Below are positions 1 through 13,491 of a stretch of DNA of 64,000 nt, one piece after another. Below the pieces are notes generated by a model that saw only the letters and a program-made list of their open reading frames with translations, did no database searches and was not told the DNA's origin. The stretch comes from the human T2T-CHM13v2.0 reference genome, Homo sapiens: the NCBI RefSeq assembly GCF_009914755.1, contig NC_060937.1. The stretch is one strand, 5' to 3'. How positions within the stretch are numbered: the first letter of the stretch is position 1; each line of letters starts with the position of its first letter. The translations under genes and the position numbers were made by a program.

Positions 1-536
1 TTGTTCCCTTGGACCACCCAGAAGGTCTGATTTGGAATGGCACTAAACAAATGACACCTCATCCAGACTCCTGGGAGCACCAGCCCTGGGAGAATGACTC
101 CAGGTGGCAGTGGCTTTGGGGATGTAATCTAGTCCGATATCATCCCTCCCTGGGATGACTCCGGAGGGGCCACCTCAACTCCACACTTTTGATTTATTTG
201 GGGTCAGCACCAGCAGTCTGGCTCAGCATGGACTACACTACTGGTCTTGGGAGTAGAGTAGCCAGAATCTCCTCCCATCAAGGTTGATCTGAGCCGTAGT
301 CAGTTGTCCTGCTGGGGAAGGTAGGCCCTGGCTGAAGGGACACATACAGGCCTCCTTAGGTCAGATCCAATGTCCCAGCTGAGCCATTTCCTCAAGATAA
401 AGCTTTAAGGGAAACCAATGGCCTGAGGAGTGTAGGAGATCATGTGGGGGCCTCAGAAAGAAAAGGCTGCTGAATTAAAGATGGATTCTTCAGCAAAATG
501 TGTCCTCAGTAAGAGCAAACCAGAGATGTTCTAGAG

Positions 537-854
537 CAGGGGTCTGCAAACTGAGGCCTGTGGTTCACATACAACCCACTGCCAGCTTTTATGCAGCTGG
601 TGAGCTAAGATTAGTTTTCACATTTTTTTAATGGTTAGGGAGAAAAAAGCAAAAGAATGACAATATTTTGTAACACATGAAAATTATATGAAATTCAAAT
701 ATTAATGCTCATAAGTAACATTTTTATTAGAACACAGCTCTCTGTGGCTGTTCTCATACAACAGAGTTGAAGAGTTGCAACAGAGGCCATGTAGCTCACA
801 CAGCCTAAAATAGTTACTACGTGGCCCTCTAAAGAAAGGGTTTGCTGACCCCTG
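537..854 (+). mobile_element. hAT-Charlie MITE, MER58B-like
   Basis: Terminal inverted repeats CAGGGGTC...GACCCCTG, MER58-type internal sequence, and degenerate 8-bp target duplications ttctagag/ttctaagg. Confidence 0.8.
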
Positions 855-862
855 TTCTAAGG

Positions 863-1046
863 CAGTGGTGTTCAAACTTCAGTGTGCATCTGCAGTCACC
901 TGCAGGGATTGTTAAAACAGATTGCAAGCCCCATTCTGAGTTTCTGCTTCAGTAGGTCTGAAGTAGAGTCTGAAATCTGCATTACTAATAAATTCCCAGG
1001 TGATGTGGATGCTGCTGGTCCAGTGGCCCCACTTTGCGAACCAGTG
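863..1046 (+). mobile_element. hAT-Charlie MITE, MER5A-like
   Basis: CAGTGGTGTTCAAACTT...TTTGCGAACCAGTG ends, typical MER5A body, and flanks ttctaagg/ttcaagag. Confidence 0.8.
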
Positions 1047-1509
1047 TTCAAGAGAGCCAGGAACTGTGATAACCCACTGGACAGAGAGAGCAAAAGGAAA
1101 ATGAGAGAAGACACTGAGGGGAAGGGATTTCTGAGGAATAGTAAAGCTGGAAAGGTAGGTAAAGAAATGTTCAAGGGAATAAACATGTGTTTGAGTGTAC
1201 TTCTCAGCAAACATGCACATACAAACAGCAGACAGAGAGGAAAATGAAAGATTTGGAGCTTTAATGGGAAGGAGACACTTCTTTGATTAAAATATGTGGG
1301 CTGAAAAACAACAAATTCCATTGAAGTTCACTACTCAAGTTCACTTGGCTTTTAACCACCTCACTCCCTCTAAGTGGGACTTGAAAGAGTTGCTTATGAA
1401 AGTACTAGGTTGAAAATGAAGAAGTTAGTTCTTAACCCTTTGGGGTAAGGGTGTTTTCATTCAAACTTTATTAACTTCTCTCTCTTAGGCAAAGGAGCCA
1501 GTTATTTGT

Positions 1510-1890
1510 TTGGGTTATCTATTGCTACATATCAAACTATTGCAAACTTTGTGGCTTAAGACACAATAACTGTTTGTTGTTGTTGTTGTTGTTGTTCAGG
1601 ATTCTGTAGCTGGACTGGGTTCACCTGGGTAGCAGCCCTGCTGCTCTTGTCAGAGGCCATTGGTGTGGCTACATTTAGCCACTGGGTTAGGAGGGATGCT
1701 TGCATATCTGGGATCTCAGGGCCTCCCCCTCATTATGGGGCCTCTCCACGTGTCTTTCCAACAGGACAGCCAGACTTTTTACATAATGGTTTAGGGTTCC
1801 CAGATGCACAAAAGCAGAAGCTGACAGGCCTTTTTAAGATTTAGGGACAGAACTGGCACAGTAACACTTCTGGGGCTTAAACTGGTTGGC
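1510..1890 (-). mobile_element. old MaLR LTR fragment (MLT1J/K/L-like) with an internal (GTT)n tract
   Basis: Begins gttatctattgctacat...gtggcttaagaca as in reverse-oriented MLT1 LTRs. Boundaries approximate. Confidence 0.5.
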
Positions 1891-2644
1891 CAATCCAGAT
1901 TCCAGCGGACATGACCCCACAGGTACAAACACTGAGAGGCAAGGCTCCAATGTAACAGACTAGAGAGGGGTTTGTCTGGGAAGGATTTCCAGAAAACGAA
2001 AGGAAGACATGGCAAGAAGAGAGATCCCCCAGGGAATGAATAGATGGCTTCACAGGGACAAAACTAAGATTTATGGTAATTTTTTGAGTCGCACCGTAGG
2101 ACTGAAAGCACTGGAAGCTTTTCAAGAACATTAATGATTTTTCCTTTTTTATTTTTTAATTGTGCCTACACAAGTTCTAGAACAGCAAATACTTCCTAAT
2201 TTGACTAAACTCACCTAGTTACTGGCAATTACCTTAATTGTACATTCATGAAAAACTCACCAGAGGTGAAATAAGATTACCTTTAAGGGACGTAATTGGT
2301 GGGTTTTGTGTGGTTTTTTGGCTGTTGTTTTCTTTTTGTTATAATACAAGCACACTAGTAGGTCCCCTTTTGAATGTTCTACGGGTATCTGCAAATTAGA
2401 GCTTGCATTTGGGGAGAAAAAATGGAACAACCACTTTCCTCCCAGTCGTTCCTTCATTCTTTTTTCCATATTTATCCACTTATTTGTTTGTTTTCAATTA
2501 TAAATGGAGCTTGTTCAATACACATTTTAATGTACCTCACATTTTCACTTAACATTCTGACCATATGAGCATATACAACTCTCTATTATTCTTTTTGATG
2601 GTTCCATAGTGTTTTATTACATTATTTAGCTAATCTCTAATTGT

Positions 2645-3312
2645 AAGAGAATTAAAAACATATGTTCACACAAAAACTCATATATGAATATTCATGACAG
2701 CATTATTCATAAGAGCCGAACAGCAGAAACAACACTAATAACCATCAACTGATGAATGGATAAGTAAAATGTGGTATGTCTATACGATGCAGTATTGTTT
2801 GCCAATAAAAAGAAATGAAGTACGAACGGTCCCTGACTCATGATGATTTGACTTAAGATTTTTTGACTCTACGGAGGTGCAAAAATGATATGCATTCAGT
2901 GGGAACCATACTTCAAGTACCCATACAACTACTCTGCTTTTCACTGTCAGTACAGTATTCAGTGGCTTGACTTACATGAGATATTCCACACTTTATTATA
3001 AAAACAGGCTTTGCGTTAGATGGTTTTGCCCAACTGTAGACCAATGTAAGTGTTCTGAGCACATTTAAGGTAGGCTAGGCTAAGCTATGATGTTCAGTAG
3101 GCTAGGTGTTTTAAAGCATTTTTGACTCAATAATATTTTCAATTTATGATGGTTTCCTTGGGACATAACCCTGTCATAAATCAAGGATTATCTGCACTGA
3201 TACATACCGCAACATGAATGAACCTATGCTAAGCAAAAGAAGCTGGACACAGAAAGCCACATATTTTATGATCCATTTATATGAAATGCAAATCCATAGA
3301 GACAGAAAGTGG
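2645..3312 (+). mobile_element. old L1M (L1MB/MC-type) ORF2-end/3'UTR fragment, split by MER47A
   Basis: aaaacatatgttcacacaaaaact...aatggataagtaaaatgtggtat...aaagaaatgaagta, resuming at 3195 with ctgatacat...atccatagagacagaaagt. Confidence 0.7.
2823..3194 (-). mobile_element. TcMar-Tigger MITE, MER47A-like
   Basis: Matches the reverse complement of the MER47A consensus (taggctaggctaagctatgatgttc; agtacccatacaac). Inserted at a TA inside the L1M. Confidence 0.85.
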
Positions 3313-3343
3313 ACTTGCATTCCTTCATTCTTGAAATGCTCTC

Positions 3344-3713
3344 TGTGTTAGTCCATTTTCACACGACTATAAAGAACTACCTGAGGCTGGGTAATTTATG
3401 AAGAAAAGAGGTTTAATTGACTCACAGTTCCGCATGGCTGGGGAGGCCTCAGGAAACAGAATCATGGTGGAAGGTGAAGGGGAAGCAAGGCATGTCTTAT
3501 AGGGTGGCAGGAGAGAGAAAGAGAGAGTGAGAAGGGAACTACCACACACTTTTAAACCATCAGACCTCATGAGAATTCACTCATTCTCATGAGAACAGCA
3601 TGGGGGAAACCGCCCTCATGATCTAATCACCTCCCACCAGGTCCCTGCCTCAACATGTGGGGATTACTATTTGAGATGAGATTTGGGTGGGGACACAGGG
3701 ACAGACCATATCA
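3344..3713 (-). mobile_element. MaLR solo LTR (THE1D/MSTA-like)
   Basis: TG...CA ends (tgtgttagtcc...ccatatca) and a perfect 5-bp TSD ctctc. Inserted into L2-like sequence. Confidence 0.9.
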
Positions 3714-4094
3714 CTCTCCTTCCTGGGCTTCTGCAGTGAGTCTCTTCTGGGTCTCCTTACTAGCTTTCTGATGAGTTCTGCTTCAGGTGTGTCCTCCTCC
3801 ATGTGCTCTTTCAGCACCATGGTCCTTGGTGGCCCTCATCTTCTCTCATTCCACATGCTCCTTCTTACAGAACTCACAACCACTGTGACAAATTTGCTGA
3901 CACTATGACTTTTGAGCATATTCCTCCAACCTTCTTCCTAAAGCCCTCATGATCTACTTGGTTTAGATAATTACCTGTCTGCCTTCTATGTTCCCAAGTA
4001 CTGTACATATATTTTTTTGCATATTAATCACATAGCATTTAATTATTTTGTCTGGAGGCTGCCATCTTATCTTTCCTTTTAAGTTTAATTTAAT

Positions 4095-4245
4095 TTTCTT
4101 TTTTAGAGATAGAGTCTTACTCTGCTGCCCAGGCTGGAGTGCAGTGGTGTGATCATAGCAGCCTCTAACTCCTGGGGCTCAAACAATCTTCCTGTCTTGG
4201 CCTCTAAAAGCACTGGGATTACAGGCACGAGCCACCGTGCCTGGA
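4095..4245 (-). mobile_element. Alu monomer (FLAM/FRAM or AluJ fragment)
   Basis: One Alu arm: gcccaggctggagtgcagtgg...ctgggattacaggcacgagccaccgtgcctgg. Confidence 0.85.
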
Positions 4246-4324
4246 CTTGCCTTGTTTTTTAAAATATCCAGTGCTTAATACAGTTGTAGACAATGAGTGT
4301 TCATTATTGAATGGGAGAGGAAAA

Positions 4325-4590
4325 TAGTAATAACAGCTAATACTTTTCTTGTGTTTACTGAATACCAGGCACTGTTTTGAGTTTTTTATTTGTATTAACT
4401 CACTCAACCACCACATAAACCCTTAAAGGCAGGAATGTTATCATGCCAATTTGAATGGAGAAACTGAGATTTAAAAAAAAAAAATTTAAGTAACTTTTTA
4501 AAGATCACATACATACCAAATGGTAGAGATAGAATTAGAACCCAAACATTGTGGCCACAAAGTCTGTGTTCTCAACCATTATGGTATATT
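4325..4590 (-). mobile_element. MIR SINE
   Basis: MIR core gagaaactgag...aagtaact...aagatcaca...agaattagaaccca. Confidence 0.75.
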
Positions 4591-4701
4591 GACATTGAGA
4601 GACTTGGATATTCCATTTTCCTCTTCCAAGCCCTCAAAATTCCAGTATGGCCAAATGAATACAATAGACTTTCTCTTTGACTCTGGCCATAGGAAATGAT
4701 T

Positions 4702-4753
4702 TTTTCAGGGTCATTGTTCATAGTTTGTTTTCAGGGTCATTGTTCACAGTTTG
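4702..4753. repeat. 26-bp tandem duplication
   Basis: ttttcagggtcattgttca(t/c)agtttg occurs twice with one mismatch. Confidence 0.9.
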
Positions 4754-5053
4754 ACTAATATTTGTCAAAGTGTTAGTCAATCGATTGTATTGCCTAAGCC
4801 AAACTTTCTACACAGATAAGCATTACTGTGAATTCATTTGAAAACATTTATTGAGCACCTCATATGCACCACGCACAGTCGTGGGCATTGAAGATAGACT
4901 GGTGATCCAGAAATGAACCTGTCCTTTTGAGGCAGAACTTGGGAATAAAGACGTTTTCTACTTCCTACATATACTTGTCAATAGTTGCCCCAAAGTCTGT
5001 CTGCCAATTAACTTCTGATTAAACAAGAGTTGAGATAAATCTGTGATGCTGCC

Positions 5054-5545
5054 TGTATTAGTCAGGGTTCTCTAGAGAAACGGAACCAATAGGATAGGAG
5101 AGAGAGTGGGGTGGGTAGGAAGGGGAAGGAATATTTTATAGAACTGGCTCCCACAATTGTGGGGGCTGGCAGGTTTGAAATTTGTAGGGAAGGCTGGCAG
5201 GCTAGAAACTCGGCTAAGAGTTAATGTTGCAGCCTTGAGTCCCAAATCCACAGGGCAGGCCAGCAGGCTGAAAATTTAGGAAAGATTGTAATGCAAAATT
5301 CCTTCTTCTTCAGGAAACTTGAGGCAAAATTCTTCCTTCCTTGGGAAACCTTGGTCTTTGCTATTAAGACCTTCAACCAAGGTCCACCCACATTATGGAG
5401 GGTAATCTGATTTACTTAAGGTGCACTGATTATAAATGTTAGTCACATCTAAAAACTACCCTTATAACAACATCTAGACTAGTGTTTGACCAAACAACTG
5501 GGCATCCTAGTCTAGCCAACTTGACACATAAAATCAACCATCACA
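5054..5545 (-). mobile_element. ERVL solo LTR (MLT2C/D-like)
   Basis: tgtattagtcagggttctctagaga...ttgacacataaaatcaaccatcaca with a perfect 5-bp TSD ctgcc. Confidence 0.9.
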
Positions 5546-6239
5546 CTGCCCATTAGCCACAGGTGCACAAAGTTGGGGAGGAAACATTTTAGAAGCTGTG
5601 AATACAAATGTTATCTCCAACTGAGGAAAAATGTTGTTAACTTAGAGGCTATTTTTTAATGCACTGTCTAAATTTACGAAGAATGCGCTTAAATATGCCT
5701 TTTTAAATTTTGTCTTCTAATTTGCAAATAACCCATACCACCTCCCTCCTTTGTACCCAAATACTCCCTTCTCTGAACAAATGATTGCATCTGCCATTTC
5801 ACCTTCTGGAATGCCCTTCCTCTTCCTCATGAAAGGCATTAATCAAGACACTTGTCCTCCACTACATTTTCCATGATGCCTCTCGTCTAGCTGCAGGCTT
5901 CCTAGATGCTCCACAACTCATAGAGCTATAGAACTTTAGAATTTGAAGGGAGGATACTTAGTAGCCAACATAGTCAAATTTCCTCTTTTTACCTCTAAGG
6001 AAACTGGAGGCAGTGACTCTCCTGAATTTGAGGTGAAAGCAGGCCTAGAATTCAGGTCTATTCTCTGCTAGCCTCAGGCTTTTATAGATAGGGTAGGCAG
6101 GGGAGAACCATTGCATATTGGAAATAAAACTATCCTGATGGAATAGATGAGATTCTGCCCTGGATATAACTAGTAGACCTTGACCAAGATTTTTAATCTC
6201 CTGGAATGCCAGTTTCTTAATTTGTTAAATGGCTTAAAT

Positions 6240-6700
<461 letters not shown>

Positions 6701-6892
6701 TGGATTTTCTTTTGAGTAGATGGGCACAGATGATCTCTAAGCCCACTTTGAGCTTTACAACTCTGCGATGTGGTGATTCTATGATTGGAGATGGCAGTGT
6801 CAAAGGCATATAAAATGGGCTGTAGGGAAAAAAAATACTAAATTTTACCTACACTTCTCTGTACACTTTTGCCTACAGTATTTTCTTCTACA

Positions 6893-7004
6893 TAGGATCA
6901 CCATATATTCTAATTTGCCTGAGAAAGTCTTGGCTTATGCCTGTTTCCCATTCTGATTAATCGTAGAGACCCTTTCACTATCAAAAAATGATATGGTCAC
7001 TTAT
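6893..7004 (-). mobile_element. hAT-Blackjack MITE, MER94-like
   Basis: Degenerate TIRs taggatcaccata...atatggtcactta and internal ccctttcact. Confidence 0.6.
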
Positions 7005-7409
7005 CTTCTAAGTTACTTTTTCTCCTTATCTGTGTCCACAGAATACAGAATGCATTAGATTCCCACCATTTGCCTATTTCAAGCCAAGGAAAAAAGTGTG
7101 TTCCAGATAGTTTTTTTACACAGTACGTCAGAACCCCATGATTTGTGAATTGCTGTTTTGTTTCCCTACTAACAGCATAGTCAGTTCAGGAATTTTTGGC
7201 AAGGGCCTTTTGCGTCCAGCCCGCCCAAGATGTGGGACCCTGGGAAAAACTGCTTGCTGTTTGTTTTGTGGTGACTGACAGCAAAGCTCGCTTGAAAAAT
7301 TAAAAGCTACATGGAAAATACCTCACGGGTGATTTTTCCATTCCCTAGTCTCACAGAATCCTTGTCTGAGTGTACAGTTCCCAAGTTCAGGGGCACCTTC
7401 AGGCAGTGA

Positions 7410-7809
<400 letters not shown>

Positions 7810-9364
7810 TCTTTGTCTACTTTCTGTCTTGCATTGTATTTCTCCAAAGAATCCCAATCAAGGGATTATATTCCCAGAAGCTTTAATATCAATTATTATT
7901 TATCTTTTATTATTAGCTAGTGAGAGTCAATAATAGCTAGTGGCCTTTATTCATTTTTCTATTCATTTAATAACTATTTGCTAAGTGCCTACAGTGTGCT
8001 AAGAGAAGATTATTTGACAGCTGAAATTAAGAACTGGACACAGGTTTAGTCTGTGGATCTTAGTCCCTAACTGAAAGAAGATGGGAAAGAGAGAGGGTTG
8101 TTAGTGGAAAATTGAAGGGGTAATAAACGTGACAGCCTCTTGTTTTCTACAATTGATTCAGAACATAAGTGCCTATGCATAAAAAGGAGAAAGAGACACG
8201 TAATTAATATCGGTCACAAAGGATTAGCCCACTGCTGGGCCATCCAGGAGACCTTGACCACCTGTTTAAACCTGCAACTCAGCCCCTAACTCGGAACTCC
8301 AAATCTCTGTGATCCTCTATTTTTTCCACTGCGCTTGCCTTATAATATATAATATAACTCACCTTTTTATGGTGTTTATTGTCTATCTTCCTCCATTGGA
8401 ATGTGTGCTCCATAAACTGGTTGAGTAAGTGGCTCAGACCTGTAAAATGATGTCAGACACGCAACATTCCAGAATGAGCTGAAACTTGAAAACAATGTCA
8501 GAACAACAGAAAGGGATTTTTTTTAAACTGTGAAAAGTAAGAAGAAACAGATAAACACACAGAGGGTTGAGGAATGTTGAATACACTTTAACAAATGACA
8601 GAGAGCAGAATCACTCAACTCCTATTTTGCTTCTGTCTTCTCCAGGAAGAAAAACAAAATGGGAACTTGAAAGCACCAGGCAGAGTAAATAATATAAAGA
8701 AGGAATTGCAATTCAGAGCATACACTTTGCATGTATTCACATCTCCACACTAGCTGAATGGCATCTCAGGTAGTAAGTTTGATCAACATCAAAACCACCG
8801 TAGGCACTCTTGAACAACAGCAAGCGTGTGAGAGATTTTTCAAGTATCCCAATTTTCTAGAGGGAGTAAGAATATACTATTATATATGATTCATGCACAG
8901 TACATTGCAATTTTTTTGATGCAAAATTGAACAAGACAAGGTCCAGTGCTGAATTGCTGTATGCTCCTATACAGACATCATCTAGTTTGGTCTGAAGTCA
9001 TTCATCAGTATTTTTTGAGTAGAGATGTTGAATAAGCTTTCTCCTAGCACACACCATCCTCAAGATTATAGTTCACATTCTTATTCCCAACAACATAATC
9101 AGAGATTTTGTTAAGTACAGTTTGTGCGTAGCATTCCTGTAACTGAGTAATGACCCTACTGAAAAGGAAATGAGGTAAGCGTGACATAACTTGGTCTTGG
9201 TGAGTCATCACTCTAAGTGATGACTGTTTTTCAAGTGATAACTGTTTGCCATGAAAGTCTAGATTTTTTCTAAAAATCAACATTTCATATATAAGATTTT
9301 CAGATCATGCAAAACATTTGGAAGTAACTAATACAAAAGATAACATAATCCACAATCAAAATTA

Positions 9365-9507
9365 TTAGGGTTGGTGCAAAAGTAATTGTGGTTTTTGCCA
9401 TTAGTGGTATTTGCCACTAGTGGTTTTTGCCATTAAAAATAATTTTTTATTTAAAATTAAAATTATTTTTAATGGCAAAAACCGCAACTACTTTTGCACC
9501 AACCAAA
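9365..9507. mobile_element. MADE1 (Hsmar1-derived mariner MITE) with an expanded centre
   Basis: TIRs ttagggttggtgcaaaagtaattgtggtttttgccatt / aatggcaaaaaccgcaactacttttgcaccaacc with a TA target duplication. Confidence 0.9.
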
Positions 9508-9675
9508 TACTTTGACAGTGTTGAATGCAAGTGTAAAATCAAGAAGATAAAATTTAGTAAGGCAAAATGTAACAAAATATCTGTTTTACCATTACAGGAT
9601 GAGGTGATCATCCCTGGAAGATTTTCTTGTGATGCTTTAGTTGATCATAAATTTAATATAATTTAACTTGGCTTA

Positions 9676-10055
<380 letters not shown>

Positions 10056-10544
10056 AAGTACAATATCCAAGTCATACGAAGTGACTGGGCTCATAAGAGT
10101 CTGGTCTGGTCACTCATGTGGTGTGTAGCCATGGGTGACATGTTTTGAAAGGCTGCTGACAATCTAAGGCAGTCTCTAAGAGCACAGTGAGATTTAGGAG
10201 TTTAGAAACCACATGGAGACTGGCTCTAATTGCCTCAAACAAGAAACTTGTTGTCAGTTTATGCCTTGTCAGGTTCTAAAGCTAGATTAGAGGCATGGAA
10301 TGGCATAGGAAGTTCCTAGCGAGGTGGCAGTAAGAAGGAGAGCTGGGCTTGAGTGACAAGACCGAGGGAAGAGGCTATAAATTTACCTCCTGCACAGGAA
10401 AGGTGAAAGGGGAGCATAAGTCAGTGGTAAAAGAAAGGAGGAAGAATGACCTCATGCTGAAAAGGAACCTTCAATCTTTCTTCTTTTTTCCCTTTTCTGA
10501 GATCATGTAGGGAGGGACAGTAACATCAACAGTAAGAGCTACCA

Positions 10545-11010
10545 ATATAGAGGCAGCCTAGTGTAGCGGTCAGCAGGGCATACTCTCGAACCAGGCTGCC
10601 TGCGTTTAAACCCTGGGATTACCACTTAGCTCCACAACTTTGAGTATGTCATTAAACCCAATTGTGCTACAGATTTTTCACCTATCAAATAGGACTAACA
10701 GTACTTAGCTCATGGGGTTGATGTGAGGCTTAAACATGATATATGTAAAGTTATTAGACTCATGCTTGACACATAAGCACTGTGCAAGTTTACCACAGAT
10801 TAAGCACTTGCTGTAGCCTTACATTGTCACATCTAATGCTCAGAACAAGCCTGATATAAATGGGAATTGTTGAAATAATCTTCTTACAGATGAGGAAGCT
10901 AAAACCATTTGAGAGGTTAAGAAATCTGCCAAAAGGTATTCAGATAAAATAATATGGACTCGGGTTGTTCTGATTCAAACATCTGAGATCTTAATCTCTA
11001 GGCTTTACTG
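10545..11010. mobile_element. two MIRs in opposite orientation (+ about 10545-10800, - about 10800-11010)
   Basis: aggcagcctagtgtagcgg...gatgtgaggcttaaa, then ttacagatgaggaagct...gagaggttaagaa. Confidence 0.7.
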
Positions 11011-11609
11011 TCTCTAACTTGATGTCAGAATAACTAGGGAGCCAAGCTTGCGACTGCGGACAAACTGCCAAACCAGAGATAGTATAATTGCCTATAGATT
11101 TTGGAAGGGCTGAAGATGATACCCATAAGGTCTAATCTCCAACATTAGATGGAGTGGAAGGCTGGAGTTTTGACACTTGTGCCATTAGTTAAGGAGCAGA
11201 GTTCTAGGTATTACATCAAGGGATAACTATTAGGGGTAACATCATAAAATGTTTTCAGGTCAGCTTCACCAAGGTGAGCTATTTGCAACTGGAGCACTAG
11301 AACCAAATGCAGTAAAATGCGAAGGATATGCCAGGATGAAAAGCCATTTCTCATTATCTGCAAGGAAAATAAAGCTGTGTCTCATTAGGCCACTCTTCTC
11401 TGGGCTTCATATTGTATATTGAATAATCAATAAATGGTTTAAAAGCCAAAACAAAGGATACAAAAGCAGAAGATCCAGCAAAACTGGAAAAAAAAAAAAA
11501 AGGAAAATAAGCAACAAGCCTGATGGGGAATTCAACCACAGAAGATTTCAATCTACTACATCTGCAATTTGGGCTGCCAGGGACTTTCCTTAGATCATTA
11601 ACGGCAATT

Positions 11610-12810
11610 CCAGGAAGCATATTTTAGTGGAAGTTCTCTGAATCAATATTTTTGGTGTGGAATCTCCTGATTAATTAATGGTGGTCTCAGTTATTTTGTG
11701 TACTTACCAAGATGGGTGTGCTCCCAAACCTGTTTATGTTATTGCACTTGTTATTGTAAATACATACTTTAATTAAATACTATATAAACACTTTAAATAC
11801 TATAAAAACTACTGATTACAAGAATAGTTTCTACAAAAACTAACTTGAAAGACTAGGAAGAATTAATAAATGAGTCACGAAAAAAGTGCTTTACAGTAAG
11901 ATGTGGATACTTGCAAAAGAAGGAAAAAATAATTAAAAGCTAGGATGATCCTGTATCCCATTTGTTTCACGAATGTCTTACAATATCTCCTTCCATTCTA
12001 AAGAAACAAAACCGGAAATCATGGATGATGCATTAAGAGTGTGTTTTATGTTAGTTAATGTGAAATCCCATTAGCCAAACAATCCAAGTCTTCTCAATGA
12101 GAGCCCTATTGACACTGTAGATAAGTTGGTTCATTTAGCAGGACTGTTCAGAATTGAGACATTTAGCCTTTTTGGTCTATGCCCACTAAACACTATGGTA
12201 GTGTAGCCTCCAGCCATTGGGACAATCAAAGATCCCTCTTGGCACAGTTCCAAATGCTCCTTGTAATTAACACAGTAGTTTTAGTACACCCTGCCAAATA
12301 TGAGTGCTGCTTGTGCTCAAATAAAAAGCCCTGGCCCTAACTCAAAGAATACAAAATGAATGTATTAATATCTGTTTTAAATTAAAATAATACGTTTAAA
12401 ACATATAAGCATTATTATCATTATTATTATTATTATTGTTTTTAACAACAGAATCTCCCTCTGTCTGGAATGCAGTGGTGCCATCATAGCTCACTTCGGT
12501 CTTGATGTCCTAGGCTCAAGTGATCCTCCTGCTTCAGCCTTCCTAGTAGCTGGAACTTCAAGCACGCAGCAATGCACCCAACTAATTTTTTATTTCTGTG
12601 TTTTATAGAGACATTGTTGTCCAGGCTGTTCTCAAACTCCTGGTCTCAAGCAATCCTACTCCCTGGGCCTCCCAAAGTGCTGGGATCACAGGCTTATGCC
12701 AACATGGCCAGCCATTATTTTTAAAATAATTCCTGCTTCAATTGCCTTCCTGTGATTACCCAGCCAGCTACTAGTCTTGATTGTTTTGGTTAAGGGTTCT
12801 TCTTCTACAT
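11610..12810 (+). mobile_element. old Tigger-family element with CENP-B/HTH transposase remnant, carrying nested MER20-like and AluJ insertions
   Basis: Degenerate translation resembling K.KPEIMDDALRVCFM (~12000-12050, frameshifted near its start), then LK*KALAL (~12316-12340) after a MER20-like insert (~12085-12315). Confidence 0.55.
12440..12713 (-). mobile_element. AluJ SINE with (ATT)n tail
   Basis: Diverged dimer with AluJ-type catagctcact and ggctcaagtgatcctcc. Confidence 0.9.
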
Positions 12811-13039
12811 CTGACTACACAGAGACTTTCTAAAAAATGTCAATATCACAGAAGTTACACACATGATACAAGGGATTGTTGAAGGAACTATTTTTCACCT
12901 TAAGAGGCAATAACTTAGAGAATATTACTGATTTCACGTATAGAAGGAACTATCCTGTATGAGGGGAATTAAGTTTCTTCTATGAGAATCCACATAGAAT
13001 GTTCTAGAAATAACTGTTAAATTGAACAAAATGCAATAA

Positions 13040-13285
13040 AGACAACATGGTATAATAGAAAGAATAAAAGCCTTAGTGCCAACAAACCTGGGATAAATCC
13101 TGGCTCTATTTTGTATGATATATATACATTGTCAAGTTACTTCTCAAAGTCTCCATTAGTTTTCTTTCATAAAAACTATAAAAATAATATTTATCTCAAA
13201 GGGTTACGAAGAATAAATAAAATAGCATATCTTAAGTTTCTAGCACAGTTTCTGGCACATACTAGGCGCATAATAAATGGTAGTT
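13040..13285 (+). mobile_element. MIR SINE
   Basis: aaacctgggataaatcctggctcta...gcacagtttctggcacatactaggcgc. Confidence 0.75.
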
Positions 13286-13491
13286 CTCTTCCTCATCTTC
13301 TTCCCTAGTGCAAAGCAGAAAAAGAAAATTATTTGCTTAAACACACTGCATGTTAGTGCTTTTGTATTTAAAAATGTGGATAAAACTATAAAAATTCCTT
13401 TTTGATCACAACCCCACCTTATAGCAGACACTATTAACACTGTTCCTTGCCTATCTAAAAGCCATTTACCTCTTTCTTCCTTGTTAGCAGC

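Noticed and set aside
1-528. GC-richer segment that might be an exon or pseudogene
   Set aside because: No sustained reading frame or recognisable homology. It may be an old LTR, but I cannot support a call.
882-1321. Overlapping 102-141 aa ORFs on both strands
   Set aside because: They span a MER5A element and adjacent sequence, with no recognisable domain or splice support.
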